This document shows positions 1-12,526 of a stretch of 64,000 nucleotides of DNA, in pieces. The stretch is taken from NCBI GenBank assembly GCA_951406725.2, contig OX597833.1, positions 15,562,001-15,626,000 on the forward strand, in the 5' to 3' direction. Source of the stretch: Octopus vulgaris. Taxonomy: Eukaryota. The position numbers were made by a program, and so were the translations under genes. Positions within the stretch are counted from its first letter, which is position 1, and every line of letters starts with the position of its first letter. The notes below the pieces were generated by a model that saw only the letters and a list, made by a program, of their open reading frames with translations, had not been told where the DNA came from and searched no databases.

Positions 1-369
1 AAGTTGTCTGTGTATGGCAGGTTTGGTAGCCTTCAACTAACACTATCTCCTCTGAGACTCTGCCAGTGCAAGTTGACCAAAATTGAGAGTATAATAAAGA
101 AGGTTTGCTCTTCATTCCGTAGAAGAAAAAATTCAAATCGGACCATGTTAACACCAAAAATTATTTAAATAAAAAAGGTGCTTATTTTTCTATGAAAATC
201 CCTATTTTTTACGATTTTTTGACAGCTGTGACGCCATTTTTCAACCAGAAGCTGTGAAATGTTCACTTAAAGAGAATAACAAGCTACATAATGCAAAACT
301 TTTTACTTTTCAAAAATTCCAATTCTAAAGGGTCGAAACAAACCCGAGCAACGCCGGGCGATACTGCTA

Positions 370-370
<1 letters not shown>
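1..370 (+). mobile_element. Non-autonomous Helitron-type element (5' end lies just outside the window)
   Basis: Ends in the subterminal hairpin cccgagcaacgccggg, then CTAG|T at 367-371. A second copy lies inverted at 1188-1617. Confidence 0.75.
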
Positions 371-414
<44 letters not shown>

Positions 415-810
415 AATATACATATATATATGTATATATATATATATATATATGTATATACTTATATATATATACACATATATATATATACATATACATA
501 TATATATGTATATATATATATGTATATACTTATATATATATACACATATATATATATACATATACATATATATATGTATATATATACATATATATATATG
601 TATATATATACATACCTACATACACATATATATATACATATACATATATATGTATATATATACATACCTACATACACATATATGTATACGTATACATATA
701 TATATATATATATATATGTATATACATACCTACATACACATATATGTATACATATATATATATATATATATATACATATATACATACATACATACATGCA
801 CACATATATA
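371..810. repeat. Compound (TA)n/(TACA)n microsatellite
   Basis: Direct inspection. It produces the spurious YI-repeat ORFs. Confidence 0.95.
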
Positions 811-1187
811 TGAGAATAATCAAAATAGAAGTGGCATAATTGAATACGTGTTGATTAAATACCGTAATTGATTGAGTACAATAAGAAACGTATTTTTTTT
901 ATTGTTTGTTATAAATGTAAGAGTGCCAATTAAAATGTGTTGTTTTTATTATCATTGGAAAAAGTAGCAATTAACATGTCCCTGTATTTAGCTTTGCCGA
1001 GTGAAGTTGCGAATTGAAATTTCGCCAAAGCCGCATATACGTCAATCACTATGAGATCGATAAAATTAATACTACTAAAGAATAGGTTCGATATAACAGG
1101 TTCTTCTTTCTAAATTCCTGCCTATGTATCTATGCCATGTATCAAATGCTAAATCATTGGAATTGTTTGTTAAGGAATATTGGAAAA

Positions 1188-1617
1188 TTAGCAGTGTAGC
1201 TCGGCGTTACTGGGGTTTGTCTTTAGTTGCGCTTAAAACGGTAGACTTTGATGTCGTGTTAACAGAGTTTTGTCATAGATTCAATCTTTTTTGAAAAGTA
1301 AAAGTTTTGCATTATGTAGCGTGTTATTCTCTTTAAGTGAACATTTTTCTGGTTGAAATACACCGAAAAATGGCGACACAGTAGTCAAAAAATAGTGATT
1401 TTCATAGAAAAAAAAAGCACATTTTTGATGTAAATAATTTTTAGTGTTAACATGGTCCGATTTGAATTTTATCTTCTACGGAATGAAGAGCAAGCCTTCT
1501 TCTATCATACTCTCAATTTTGGTCAACTTGCGCCGCAGGGCCTCGGAGGAGATAGTGTTAGTTGAAGGCTACCAAACCTGCTACACACACAGACAACTTC
1601 AGCTTTATATGTATAGA
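1188..1617 (-). mobile_element. Non-autonomous Helitron-type element, full length
   Basis: Minus strand starts A|TCTATACATATAAAGCTG and ends ...cagtaacgccgagctacactgCTAA|T (decayed CTAG). Body is homologous to 1-370. Confidence 0.75.
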
Positions 1618-2307
1618 TAAGCACTATCATATACAATACATATTAAATTTAGTTCCTTATCGAGTAAAATCGAAGTTTATTATTTTACTGCCAAAAAATA
1701 TGAAGACATTGCCTGTGACAAATTTTAACAATATTAGCCTATAGCAATAAACATGATTATAATACCATTCGATTTGGTTAAAATTATTTTCCGCCCCCGA
1801 CACAAAATTGTTTTCATCATTTTTGTTAAATTCGACGGACATACTATATAATATGAATTATTTCTTTATTTTCTGATAAAACTATACACGCGATTTACCG
1901 ATAAATTGCTGAATTGTACACTTAAATCGCTAATAATCCCATTATATCCTCTAAATGCTTGTATTGTTTGTATTGAAAAGGATTCGATAAAACCAACAAT
2001 ATACGTATTGTAATAATTGAGATACTATATTAATTATTATAGTTGTTGGATATTTGTTGCCTTGAATCTTCGTTTTGTATTTCATTAAACACGTTTTTTA
2101 GCAAGATAAATTATTCATTGTAACTAATAGGTTTATTATACCACCTACTTTGAATATCGATCTAAAAATCAATGATATATTCATTGTCTATTATCTGTCT
2201 CTCAAATATTTAAGTTTCGAAACGAGTTGTTTGCGGGAAGAATCTTATCTGAAGAAACATTTCATAAGATTCTAACGGGAAACGAATTCCTTTCGCTTTA
2301 TTCAATT

Positions 2308-2342
<35 letters not shown>

Positions 2343-2423
2343 TGCGGTTTGCAATATTTAAAGATGATGAGCTTGTGCAGAAACTGACGTCGAGAAACTT
2401 TATTACATTTTATTTGCACCTTA

Positions 2424-2596
2424 TAGGCGCAGGAGTGGCTGTGTGGTAAGTAGCTTGCTAACAAACCACATGGTTCCGGGTTCAGTCCCACTGCGTGGCA
2501 TCTTGGGCAAGTGTCTTCTGCTATAGCCCCGGGCCGACCAATGCCTTGTGAGTGGATTTGGTAGACGGAAACTGAAAGAAGCCTGTCGTATATATG

Positions 2597-2627
<31 letters not shown>

Positions 2628-2812
2628 TTGTGTGTCTGTGTTTGTCACCCTAGCATTGCTTGACAACCGATGCTGGTGTGTTTACGTCCCTGTCACTTAG
2701 CGGTTCGGCAAAAGAGACCGATAGAATAAGTACTGGGCTTACAAAGAATAAGTCCCGTGGTCGATTTGCTCAAATGACTGAAACAAGTAAAAGAGTAGAA
2801 AGAGTAAAGAGT
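2424..2812 (+). mobile_element. tRNA-derived SINE family A (CORE-like box, internal microsatellite), with ~33-nt internal deletion
   Basis: A-box TGGCTGTGTGG, B-box GGTTCAGTCCC, CORE-like (a)tcttgggcaagt, internal (TA)n(TG)n, tail aaaagagt repeats. More than 12 copies in the window. Confidence 0.9.
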
Positions 2813-3097
2813 TATATAAGACACATACCCGAGAGCATCTCTACACTCATACCTAATTAGAAATAAACAAAGCTAAATGAGATTTATTATAATAACGATA
2901 CTCAACCAGTAATCCAAAATGGATTATGTTCGCAGACATACACCACGCATATCCCATTTTCCACACGGTGTATTAGAATATATTTTTATACTTCAGACGA
3001 TCCCTTGAATTAAGGTGCTCTCACATATTTAATTAATGTTTGTTAATAATATTAACGAAGTTAAGATTTAGGTGGTTCACCGCCTAACTATATAATT

Positions 3098-3640
3098 TAG
3101 GCGGTCAACTGGCAGAATCGTTAGCACACCGGGCGAAATGCGTAGCCGTATTTCGTCTGCCGTTACGTTCTGAGTTCAAATTCCGCCAAGGTCGACTTTG
3201 CCTTTCATCCGTTCCGGGTCGATAAATTAAGTACCAGATACGCACTGGCGTCCATATAATCGACTTAATTCGGTTGTCTGTCCTTGTTTGTCAACTCTGT
3301 GTTTAGCCCCTTGTGGGTAGTAAAGAAATAGGCATTTCGTCTACCGTTACGTTCTGAGTTAAAACTCCACCGACGTCGGCTTTGCCTTTCATCCTTTCGG
3401 GGTCGATTAAATACCTATTTCTTTACTACCCACAACGGGCTAAACACAGAGAGTACAAAAAAGGACAGACAACCGGATTAAGTCGATTATATCGACACCA
3501 TTGCGAAACTGGTACTTAATTTATCGACCCAGAAAGGATGAAAGGCAAAGTCGACCTCGGTGGAATTTGAACTCATAATGTAGCGGCAGACGAAATACTG
3601 CAAAGCATTTCGCCCGGCGTGCTAACGATTCTGCCAGCTC
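3098..3640. mobile_element. SINE family B: 1.4 forward units fused to an inverted full unit
   Basis: Head ctggcagaatcgttagcac, B-box gagttcaaattcc, central gcctttcatcctttcggggtcgat. Orientation flips at ~3410. Confidence 0.85.
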
Positions 3641-3692
3641 ACAGAAGCTGGTTTACTCCGTCTGAGAATACGAAAAAAAAAATACTTCGAGG

Positions 3693-3860
3693 GCAGTAGT
3701 GGCTGTGTGGTAAGTAGCTTGCTAACCAACCACATGGTTCCGGGTTCAGTTCCACTGCGTGGCATCTTGGGCAAGTGTCTTTTGCAATAGCACCGGGCCG
3801 ACCAATGCCTTGTGAGTGGATTTGGTAGACGGAAACTGAAAGAAGCCCGTCGTATATATG

Positions 3861-3910
<50 letters not shown>

Positions 3911-4110
3911 TTGTCTGTGTTTGTCCCCGTAGCATTGCTTGACAACCGATGCTGGTGTGTTTACGTCCCCGTCACATAGCGTTTCGGCAAAAGAGACCGA
4001 TAGAATAAGTACTGGGCTTACAAAGAATAAGTCCCGGGGTTGATTTGCTCGACTAAAGTCAGTGCTCCAGCATGGTCGCAGTCAAAATGACTGAAACAAG
4101 TAAAAGAGTA
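3693..4110 (+). mobile_element. SINE family A
   Basis: Full head, microsatellite, body and tail match other A copies. Confidence 0.9.
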
Positions 4111-4310
4111 TTGCCTACAGGGGGCTAAACATAGATGAAATATACAACGAGGGATAACATAAAAGGGGCAGACAAAGGGATTTAGTCGATAATATCTGGT
4201 ACTTATTTAATCAACCCCGAAAGAATGAAATGCAAATTTGACCTCGGCAGAATTTGAAATCAGAACGTAAGGGCAGACGAAATACGGCTAACGATTCTTG
4301 CACCTCACTG
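4110..4310 (-). mobile_element. Diverged SINE family B copy
   Basis: accccgaaagaatgaaatgcaaatttgacctcggcagaatttgaaatcagaacg. The flank duplicates 3620-3690. Confidence 0.75.
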
Positions 4311-4745
4311 AAGCTAGTTTTCTACGTCTGAGAATAAGAAAAGAAAATACTTCGACGCTGTTCCGGAGCGTTCACTTCATTCTAGATGTAATAATATCGT
4401 AAAGAACTAAACGCCTTTCAGGTGTTAGTTGTTTTTGTTATCAACGTACATTCTGAATTTGGTTCATGATAAAGAGTGTTATTTCACATAATTGGTAAAT
4501 TGATACAGAAGGTATCAGGGAAGTCTATGCTGGAAAATATGTACACAGAGCGTCAGCTAAGGTATGATTAGTAATTACATAGTGAGATGAGATTACGTTC
4601 GAAGGCTGGATTCGAGACGTAGCTACTAGTAATTATTGTGTGTGCATATATATATGTGTGTATATATATGTGTGTGGTTGTGCGCGCGCGTGTGTGTATA
4701 CATATATATATACATGCATATATTATATATCTACCTACATAAATA

Positions 4746-4749
<4 letters not shown>

Positions 4750-4778
<29 letters not shown>

Positions 4779-5010
4779 TTGTGTGTGTGTGTGTGTGTGT
4801 GTGTTTGTATGTTTGTGTTTGTCCCCCCTCCCCAACATCGCTTGGCAACCGATGCTGGTGTGTTTACGTCCCCGTAACTTAGCGGTTTTGCGAAAAACAC
4901 CGATAGAATAAGTACTAGGCTTACAAAGTATAAGTCCTGGGGTCGATTTGCTCGAGTAAAGGCGGTGCTTCACCATGGCCACAGTCACATGACTGAAACA
5001 AGTAAAAAAG

Positions 5011-5012
<2 letters not shown>
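4750..5012 (+). mobile_element. SINE family A, 3' half
   Basis: cttggcaaccgatgctggtgtgtttacgtcccc...gactgaaacaagtaaaa. Confidence 0.85.
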
Positions 5013-5055
<43 letters not shown>

Positions 5056-5239
5056 TTGTGTATTCTTTGGAATATATTCAGAAGATGATTCAAACCTCTT
5101 GTGGTTTGAGCTCGAACTCGCTGTGCCGTAATTGCCAGCCAAGAATAAAGTAACCTGACTGTTTTAAATTATCAGAATGAACTTTTAAAATGAACCAAGA
5201 ATATATGCCAACCATTTCGAACACAATTTTACTCCCCAT

Positions 5240-5455
5240 AACCTCGCCCTCAAATTTTAGCACAAAGCACCAATTTCGGGGGAGGGGTAAGTCGATTACA
5301 TTGATCCCTTTGCTCAATTGGTACTTATTTTATCGACCCAAAATAATGACAGGCAAAGTCGGCCTCGGTGCAATTTGAACTGAGAACGTAAAAGCGGACG
5401 AAATCTCGATCAGCATTTTATTCAGTGCCGTAACGATTCTTCTAGTTGGGCGCCT
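5240..5455 (-). mobile_element. Old SINE family B copy (older tail type)
   Basis: Diverged B head and central domain, with tail ttacccctccccgaaattggtgctttgtgc on the minus strand. Confidence 0.7.
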
Positions 5456-5575
5456 TATATTTTACCCCTAAAATTAAGATGCTATCGTCAAGTTAAGTTC
5501 TAATTTAGAGTGTGCCACATTTAGCTAAACAAATTCAATGAAAGTAATTGGCCCCCAATCCATATGCTGACGACA

Positions 5576-5790
5576 TACTCTTTTACTCTTTCACTTGTTT
5601 CAGTCAGTTGACTGCGGCCATGCTGGAGCACCGCCTTTAGTCGAGCAACTCGACCCTGGGACTTATTCTTTGTAAGCCCAGTACTTATTCTATCGGTCTC
5701 TCTTGCCGAACCGCTAAGTGACAGGGACATAAACACACCAGCATCGGTTGTCAAGCAATACTAGGGGGACAAACACAGACACACAAACAT

Positions 5791-5869
<79 letters not shown>

Positions 5870-6040
5870 TATACGACAGGCTTCTTTCAGTTTTCGTCTA
5901 CCAAATCCACTCACAAGGCTTTGGTCGGCCCGAGTCTATAGTAGAAGACACTTGCCCAAGATGCCACGCAGTGGGACTTAACCCAGAACCATGTGGTTGG
6001 TAAGCAAGCTACTAACCACACAGTCACTCCTGCGCCTATA
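5576..6040 (-). mobile_element. SINE family A
   Basis: Reverse complement of the full family A structure. Confidence 0.9.
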
Positions 6041-6591
6041 TGCTTACTTTACGTAAATATATTTTCATTCATATTATAATATTATGCAAAGCTGGTGTTG
6101 ACGACTGAAACCTATGATAAGCGTTAATAATGTTAAAAATAAATGTGCGCTGAAAAATTGCGGTTCTCTAATGAGGTACATCATTGATATCAGTTGAACG
6201 TCATTCAAGTGTCTGGACATTTCTATACTTTTATACGTTTTATATATTGCAAATGGTACTCGAATCTTAATTCGAATTCGTAGACAGGTGCGATTAGAGA
6301 GACACGGGATAAAATGTGTCACACAATGTCAATAGAGATAAATTGGAGCTAATTATTAAAGATTTAATAAGGAATGTTTAACGAAATTGAAGTTAAGAGC
6401 GCTGTAGATATTAGCATAAGGTGTTCAGATTCTAGAAGTTAACTTAGATTAATTCACAGTCATATTCTTTATATAAAAGCTGATGAAAAACTAAAACAAG
6501 AACGTTAACCATTCTCTTTCATTTTGTGACTTTATAAAAATGACTTATTTTTAGTAGATCCTCATAGAAAACCACATAAGAAAAACTGTGC

Positions 6592-7018
6592 GGATCTTTT
6601 CGGTTTGAACGGCAGTTTTTTCTAGCGGTGTCATATGAAATTGTCACCCATAATTATGACCCTAGTATCGATCTATTGCATTTTAATCTGTTTTAGGTTT
6701 AGGGTTAGTTAGCGTTAGGGGTGGAGGGAAGGGTATCGTTTTTTATTCACAAATGTAAATAAACCCAATCTGTTTCTTAAACGAGGGACATATTCATACG
6801 ACACAGAATGTTTTTTTATCTCAATGGGCGTCATTGATTGGTTGAAATTACAGAAATTGATGAAAAAAAACAACAAATATATTACAAACTATAGAATTTT
6901 CTCAATAAATCCAAGAGAAAAAATGTTTTATAAACACATTCTACCAGTATACGAAGTTTAAAATGTTTTAGTTACCTAGAAATTATGTTAAAAACTGCCG
7001 TTCAAACCGAAAACATCC
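6592..7018 (+). mobile_element. MITE (non-autonomous DNA transposon), ~29-bp TIRs, 8-bp TSD
   Basis: TIR ggat(c/g)ttttcggtttgaacggcagttttt at both ends. Flanks aactgtgc (6584-6591) and aactgtgt (7019-7026). Second copy at 43020-43444. Confidence 0.9.
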
Positions 7019-7364
7019 AACTGTGTGTTATTGTGGTATGAAATACGAATGCCTGATGGTTTCAAACAAGAAATACCCTAATACTCAATGATGAGCAATC
7101 TACGAAAAAAAGAAATAAACTTATCACAAAACTAACATCTAGGCCGAACAATATAGATCACACCCGCAGTCACCCTCACCCACAAATTATTTCTCGTACA
7201 AACTATGGAATTCTGATATCCTGGAATTTCTTTGGTGAGAACAAAATATCATTTACTTCTCCACGTGTAGAATTCTAATGGACGCAATGTAGGTTTTAGC
7301 TGCTTTTCAGCAACGGTGACGTTACAATTATCATTGAAGTTGTTCGATGTTGCATATAAACAGT

Positions 7365-7757
7365 GGATGATGGAAGCACTCCGTCGGTTACGACGACGAG
7401 GGTTCCGGTTGATCCGAATCAACGGAACAGCCTGCTCGTGAAATTAACGTGTAAGTGGCTGAGCACTCCACAGACACACTTGTACCCTTAACGTAGTTCT
7501 CGGGGATATTCGGCGTGACACAGAGAGTGACAAGGCCGGCCCTTTTGAAATACAGGTACAACAGAAACAGGAAGTAAGAGTGAGAGAAAGTTGTGGTGAA
7601 AGAGTACAGCAGGGATCACCACCATCCCCTGCCGGAGCCTCGTGGAGTTTTAGGTGTTTTCGCTCAATAAACACTCACAACGCCCGGTCTGGGAATCGAA
7701 ACCGCGATCCTATGACCGCGAGTCCGCTGCCCTAACCACTGGGTCATTGCGCCTCCA
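7365..7757 (-). mobile_element. tRNA-Arg(TCG)-derived SINE family C (resembles octopus OR-type SINEs)
   Basis: Head with A-box, ggacTCGcggtc anticodon arm, B-box gtttcgattcc. TSD catataaacagt at 7353-7364 and 7758-7769. Confidence 0.9.
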
Positions 7758-8101
7758 CATATAAACAGTAAACAAGCGCCAAATGATTTATCTATTCTAT
7801 TCGAATGGTATTAATTTTGCTGGAATTTAACAATTGAAACTTCTATCAATTATAATAAGGCTTCTGATATAGATATTTGAAAAGGAAAAATCAATAGACA
7901 AACATAATTGTCAACGGACCTGCATAAGTGTAAATCTCTTCTATTATAGATAAGAAGTGGACTATCAATGGACAACTGCTTCAAAGCATGGATACATTCT
8001 ACCTGGAGTATAAATTCACATTTATTCCAATAATCAATAGTTCAAGTTAGTAAATGTCTAAGTGATATTCAGAAACAATTACGATCTTTAACCTAAGGTA
8101 A

Positions 8102-8360
8102 TTCTTTATTACCCACTAGAGGCGACACAGAGGGGACACCACAAGACATGGGGACATAGAACATTATAATTAAAATTTATGAAAAATGAATTATTAAATA
8201 AAAAAATGATAATATGAAAGCGATGCTAACGGCCCCATCCGTTAGCATCACTTACCTGTCCTTTGGTTTTCACTGTCACTTAAATGTTCATTCCCAATAC
8301 GAAGACCATCCATATCCATTCTTACTCCGAAATACTCCTCCATATTTCTTTAAACTAAGG
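8102..8360 (-). mobile_element. Probable 3' end fragment of a Tx1/L1-type LINE
   Basis: Terminus ttctttattacccac...acacagaggggaca resembles the Tx1 end at 20349 and the SINE B tail. Contains hairpin gatgctaacgg/ccgttagcatc. Confidence 0.45.
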
Positions 8361-8539
8361 TAGAGAACGGTTGGCAATATTCTTACAGTTATAAACAGTA
8401 AATTTCACAGTGAAAATATGCAAGAAGAGCTTGGTATTAATCCTTATCGTCTTGTTATTCAAATTATTATCTAAGTCCTGAGGCTTTTAAGCCATCTCCT
8501 TATGCAAAGCTGGTGTAAATAAAGGGAAAATGCAAGCAT

Positions 8540-9150
8540 GAATATTGATACTTACAGGCGTGGGGATAAAATGGTTCCTTGGGAGAAGGGTCTTCTTTTA
8601 CAGTGCCGGGCAGACCAAAATCTTATGACTGGATTTGATAAGGTCCAACACAAGGAATTCTCGACCCTTGAGCCATTCTCTAACATCTGCCTATTATTGA
8701 TTGAAACGTATATATATACTCATGTTTTGGGTTCTAATTCTCTGTTTGCATCACAAAAAACTGTTATGTGTGTGTGTGTATGTGTGTATTTATATGTACT
8801 TGTGTGCGTATTATGTATGTACGTATGCATGTATGTAGTCATGTATTCATGTGTGAGTGTGTATCATGCATGTATGTATGTGTGCGTATTTTGTATGTAT
8901 GTATGTCATCATGTATTTATGTATGCGTGTGCATTATGTATGTATGTAATCATGTATTCATGCATATATGTGTATTTGCGTCTCCACTTGACAACCGGTG
9001 TCGATATGTTTGCGTCCCTGGACCTTAGTAATCTGGCGTAACAGACGGATAGGATAAGTACCGAAATGAAAGGAAAAATGCCGGCGGTAGGGCTATCCGT
9101 TCGGCTAAAACCAGTCGACGTGTTCCCCCAATGACTGAAACAAGAGAAAG
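8540..9150 (+). mobile_element. Highly diverged SINE family A with expanded internal microsatellite
   Basis: ccttgggagaagggtcttc...ggatttg, cttgacaaccggtgtc, aatgactgaaacaag. Confidence 0.6.
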
Positions 9151-9399
9151 ATATAAATACATGTATATGTGTTTGTGTTTGTGTTTGTGTGTGTGTGTGT
9201 GTCTGTCTGTCTGTCCGTATGTATGTATGTATGTATGTATGTATGTATATATCTATGTATGTATGTATGTATATGTGTGTGTATGCGCCTAAGAGCCCTC
9301 ATTGATGTGTATCAGAGTAGGATACAAACATCATCTAGAAAGAATAAATGCCTTGTAATCTTTGTCCTTCACCCAATTGCATTCATATTTTTCCCACTA

Positions 9400-10433
9400 T
9401 CTATATATATAAAAAGCGGAGTTTGTGTATGCGTGTGTGTATTAGCAGACGTCTGTGTATTTGTATGTCTGTGCATAATATCAATGATGGAGTGACAAGG
9501 GAGAGAAAGAAACAAAGAAGCAATGTGAGGAAGTGGCTTAAGTAATAATTATATTTCACATAAATGATTGTGTGAAAAGGTATTTCTTGCTCCAAAAAAT
9601 GAAACAGTAGCAAGGATTAACCATGAATTAATGAATAGGGTTCCAACAGTCATTAAGGAGTACAAATGAGTTGATTCAGTCGTTGATGAAAATCAAGCTG
9701 TCCATTACTCAACAAGGTTCCTTAATCATGTTGAGCAATCTGGAACGCCTCCACATAAACTTTTTCTGAAGTCCTAATAATGCTTCTAAGATATTTAGAT
9801 CCTCATAAGTTAAGGCAGTGGGACAAGTTTGATTGTGAAGACATTATCCCCTAATGTGATAGAAGCTAACATCATCATTGGATATGCCTTGTAGGAAGAA
9901 GTTTTTATTCTAAGAATTCTAATCAAACCAACAAACATGCCATTTGAGTTCAAGAGAACACAATTCCCAGTGCGACCTTGCTTCGCAATGGCTGTTAATA
10001 AAGCTGAAGGTCAGATATTGAAATCTACGGGTTCTACTTAATTGAACCTTGCTTCTCTCATGGTCAACTTTCTGCTGGTTTCTCCAGGGCTGGTTGTTTG
10101 CAATATGTGTTTGTCTATGCTCCAAACCAGAAAACAGAGAATGCTGTTTACCCAGAAGCTCTTCAAAATGAGATAGAATTTATCTCCCTTCATAGAAGTG
10201 GTAAATTTTGTATTTTCGATTATTGTTATTATTATTATTATTATTATTGTTATAATTTTTATTATTATTTTTATTATTATTTTGTTTTGTTTTATGAGTT
10301 CAGAATTGATTTCCCAATTGAAGAATAAATTCACTTGAGAATAACAAATTTCTATACAACATATTTTTGGGTTTTTTCTTCCAATATATAAAGAGTAATT
10401 TCATTCCCGGGCAACGCCGAGTGCTACTTCTAG
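9400..10433 (+). mobile_element. Internally deleted Helitron retaining both termini
   Basis: 5' A|TCTATATATATAAA at 9400. 3' hairpin cccgggcaacgccgag, then CTAG|T at 10430-10434. Encloses a helicase remnant. Confidence 0.8.
9565..10170 (+). pseudogene. Helitron Pif1-family (SF1B) helicase C-terminal remnant
   Basis: Manual translation: LAPKNETVARIN, FLNHVEQSGTPPHKL, IMLLRYLD, MPFEFKRTQFPVRPCFAMAVNKAEGQ, EPCFSHGQL, KTENAVYPEAL. Contains stops and frameshifts. Confidence 0.9.
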
Positions 10434-11079
10434 TACATTATCAAATGACAAAGTATTTGTTACGTAGGAAATCAGTAGCTAATGACGATTCTAAGCACAA
10501 ATGTAAAGTTAGCGAAATTCGTAATTACCATATCAACCCATACAACCCATTCAATGAAAATAATCTTAGAATTCTTCCATAAAAAAACTATTTTGTATAA
10601 TGTTTCGATATATCATTATGAAGCAGTAGATTACTCTGACCCAAGTTTGCTTCACTGAAAGCTATATTATTCATGTAAATCATATTTCCCTACCTAATAA
10701 ATAAAAAGAGAACAAAATTTGCATGACATATCATTTTCAACATCTATAAGGAAGCGGCGTGTTATGAGGATTTAATTCTTTAAACGAAAGCTCACTAAAA
10801 ATTCTTGTTATCTTTTTTATTCGAAAACGCGTGGAACAGAATAATGAATGGGAATATTATTAAAACATTCATCCACATTTTTAGACAGTTACTGTCATCG
10901 TAATTATCGTGCATTGTCCTGCGCATTGATGGCGCTACGATGAAAGCCTTCTTGATAAAGCGCTAGTTCTCCAGCTGCTTTGACATTCTAGTCCTTTGAC
11001 ACTAGTTTTTTTTTTTGTTTTATTGCCCATCCATCGCATCCTTTACCTGCCTCTTGATCTACTATCCGCTACTCTTACA

Positions 11080-11503
11080 TCCATGATGTTTTCCAGATCT
11101 CTGCTTCTCTGAATATGGCTATGATAGACGTGCAAAAGCCACCACCCCCCCAATGGACGGTGCTGAGTTGTCAAACATTTCGACCAAATTTTCTCAAAAC
11201 AACTTGTCCGACCGTTCCATAGGCCTCCCCTTTGAGAAACGCTGATTTAATCTAAATTTGAGACACCGGCAAAAGAAGAAATAAAGATAGACTATTTTTC
11301 TATTCCAAAGAAAAACGATTTTATTCACTTTATCTATCGTATTCTCACCTGCAATCGATTTTTGTAATTTTTGCAAGACTTATACACGCCCTTATACCGT
11401 CGGTATCTACATATCAAATTTGAGCGCAATGGGATGAAGGATGCCCGAGATCCCTCCCGGAAGGGACACACTCAGACAGACAGAACGGATTTTATATGAT
11501 AGA
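11080..11503 (-). mobile_element. Probable non-autonomous Helitron-like element (only the 5' end is clear)
   Basis: Minus strand begins A|TCTATCATATAAAA...tctgtctgtctg, like the other Helitron 5' ends. 3' end not resolved. Confidence 0.4.
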
Positions 11504-12526
11504 TGAGCCCTTATTTTTTATCAACATGTTCAGGAGTTGTCGTATTTCCCCTCTTTGTAACTCCCTTTCATTTCCCCTCAGCCGTAAATGCCTATTCTCC
11601 AAATGAGGCTCGCACTAGCATTAAAAAAAAAACTTATTTGGAACACTTTTGCTGCCCTAAATCCTGTTAAGCTTTTCCATGAACGTTCTTGCTTTGGCTT
11701 GCTATGTCCTAATTTCAGACTCACATCAGGTTTCATCAGATATTTGGATTCCAAGACACTACTACAATTCAACCTGTTCGAGTCTCTCAGTCCAGTTTAG
11801 CTTTAGTATTCACCTTCTCTTTTCCTATTACCGCCATGTTACTGTAGATTTCCCTTACTTGGAAAATTTTAGACATTTAAGTACCTCTGATACAACCCCG
11901 AATATATTCCGAAATGTTCACCGAATGTCATCAGAAACAACTAGTGCTTGTGGAGATATTTCAATCTACAAAGCTTTCTGAAACAAGGAACTGAAAATTC
12001 CCAGCATTCAAAGATTTCAAGAAATTCACTCTGAAATTCATGAAATTTGTTGGTGATAAAAATACACGAGAGCCATGTCCATGGCTAATGCCTTATCTTC
12101 GAGGTATCAGACCGACATAGGCCTTCTCATAAAATATTGAATCTTCTGACCAACCACGATCTTGCTGAAAACTTATAAGGACTGCCTTGTTCTATAATAA
12201 TCCGTTACAGATCCACCCAGGGTGAAGAATCTGCCGGATCTCTGGCGTATAAGTGAGATATTGTAAAAGCTAGACTAGTTGGGCATTAACAGTTCGCCTT
12301 TCCCTCATCTCCTTTTCTTTCTCCACTTACCTATCTCTCTCTCTCTACTTTGTGGACACATATGTGTGTATCTATGTATGTATGGATAGGTACACATACA
12401 TACATACATACTTACGTACATTCATACATACATACATACATACATACATACATACATACATACATACATACATACATACACACACACATATATGTACATG
12501 TATTCATGTATGTATATATATTTAAA

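Noticed and set aside
284-871. Long YI/HT/CV-repeat ORFs (also 23016-23636, 35809-36172, 49565-50269, 56762-57240)
   Set aside because: Translations of stop-free microsatellites, with no coding complexity.
2249-2290. CTGAAGA...GAAAC motif (similar hits at 6480, 11734, 11928, 26538)
   Set aside because: Stems I-III cannot be formed in hammerhead topology.
2421-2666. Recurrent ORFs such as SFSFRLPNPLTR...GTMWLVSKLLTTQP
   Set aside because: Antisense frames of SINE family A. They may match spurious hypothetical proteins but are not genes.
6702-6725. Interstitial telomere
   Set aside because: Only a few degenerate TTAGGG units, internal to a MITE and present in both copies.
11570-12260. Higher-complexity segment, possibly an exon or DIRS recombinase relic (similar at 16240-16500 and 62480-62760)
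   Set aside because: No convincing motif or splice-bounded open frame by eye. A BLASTx search is needed.
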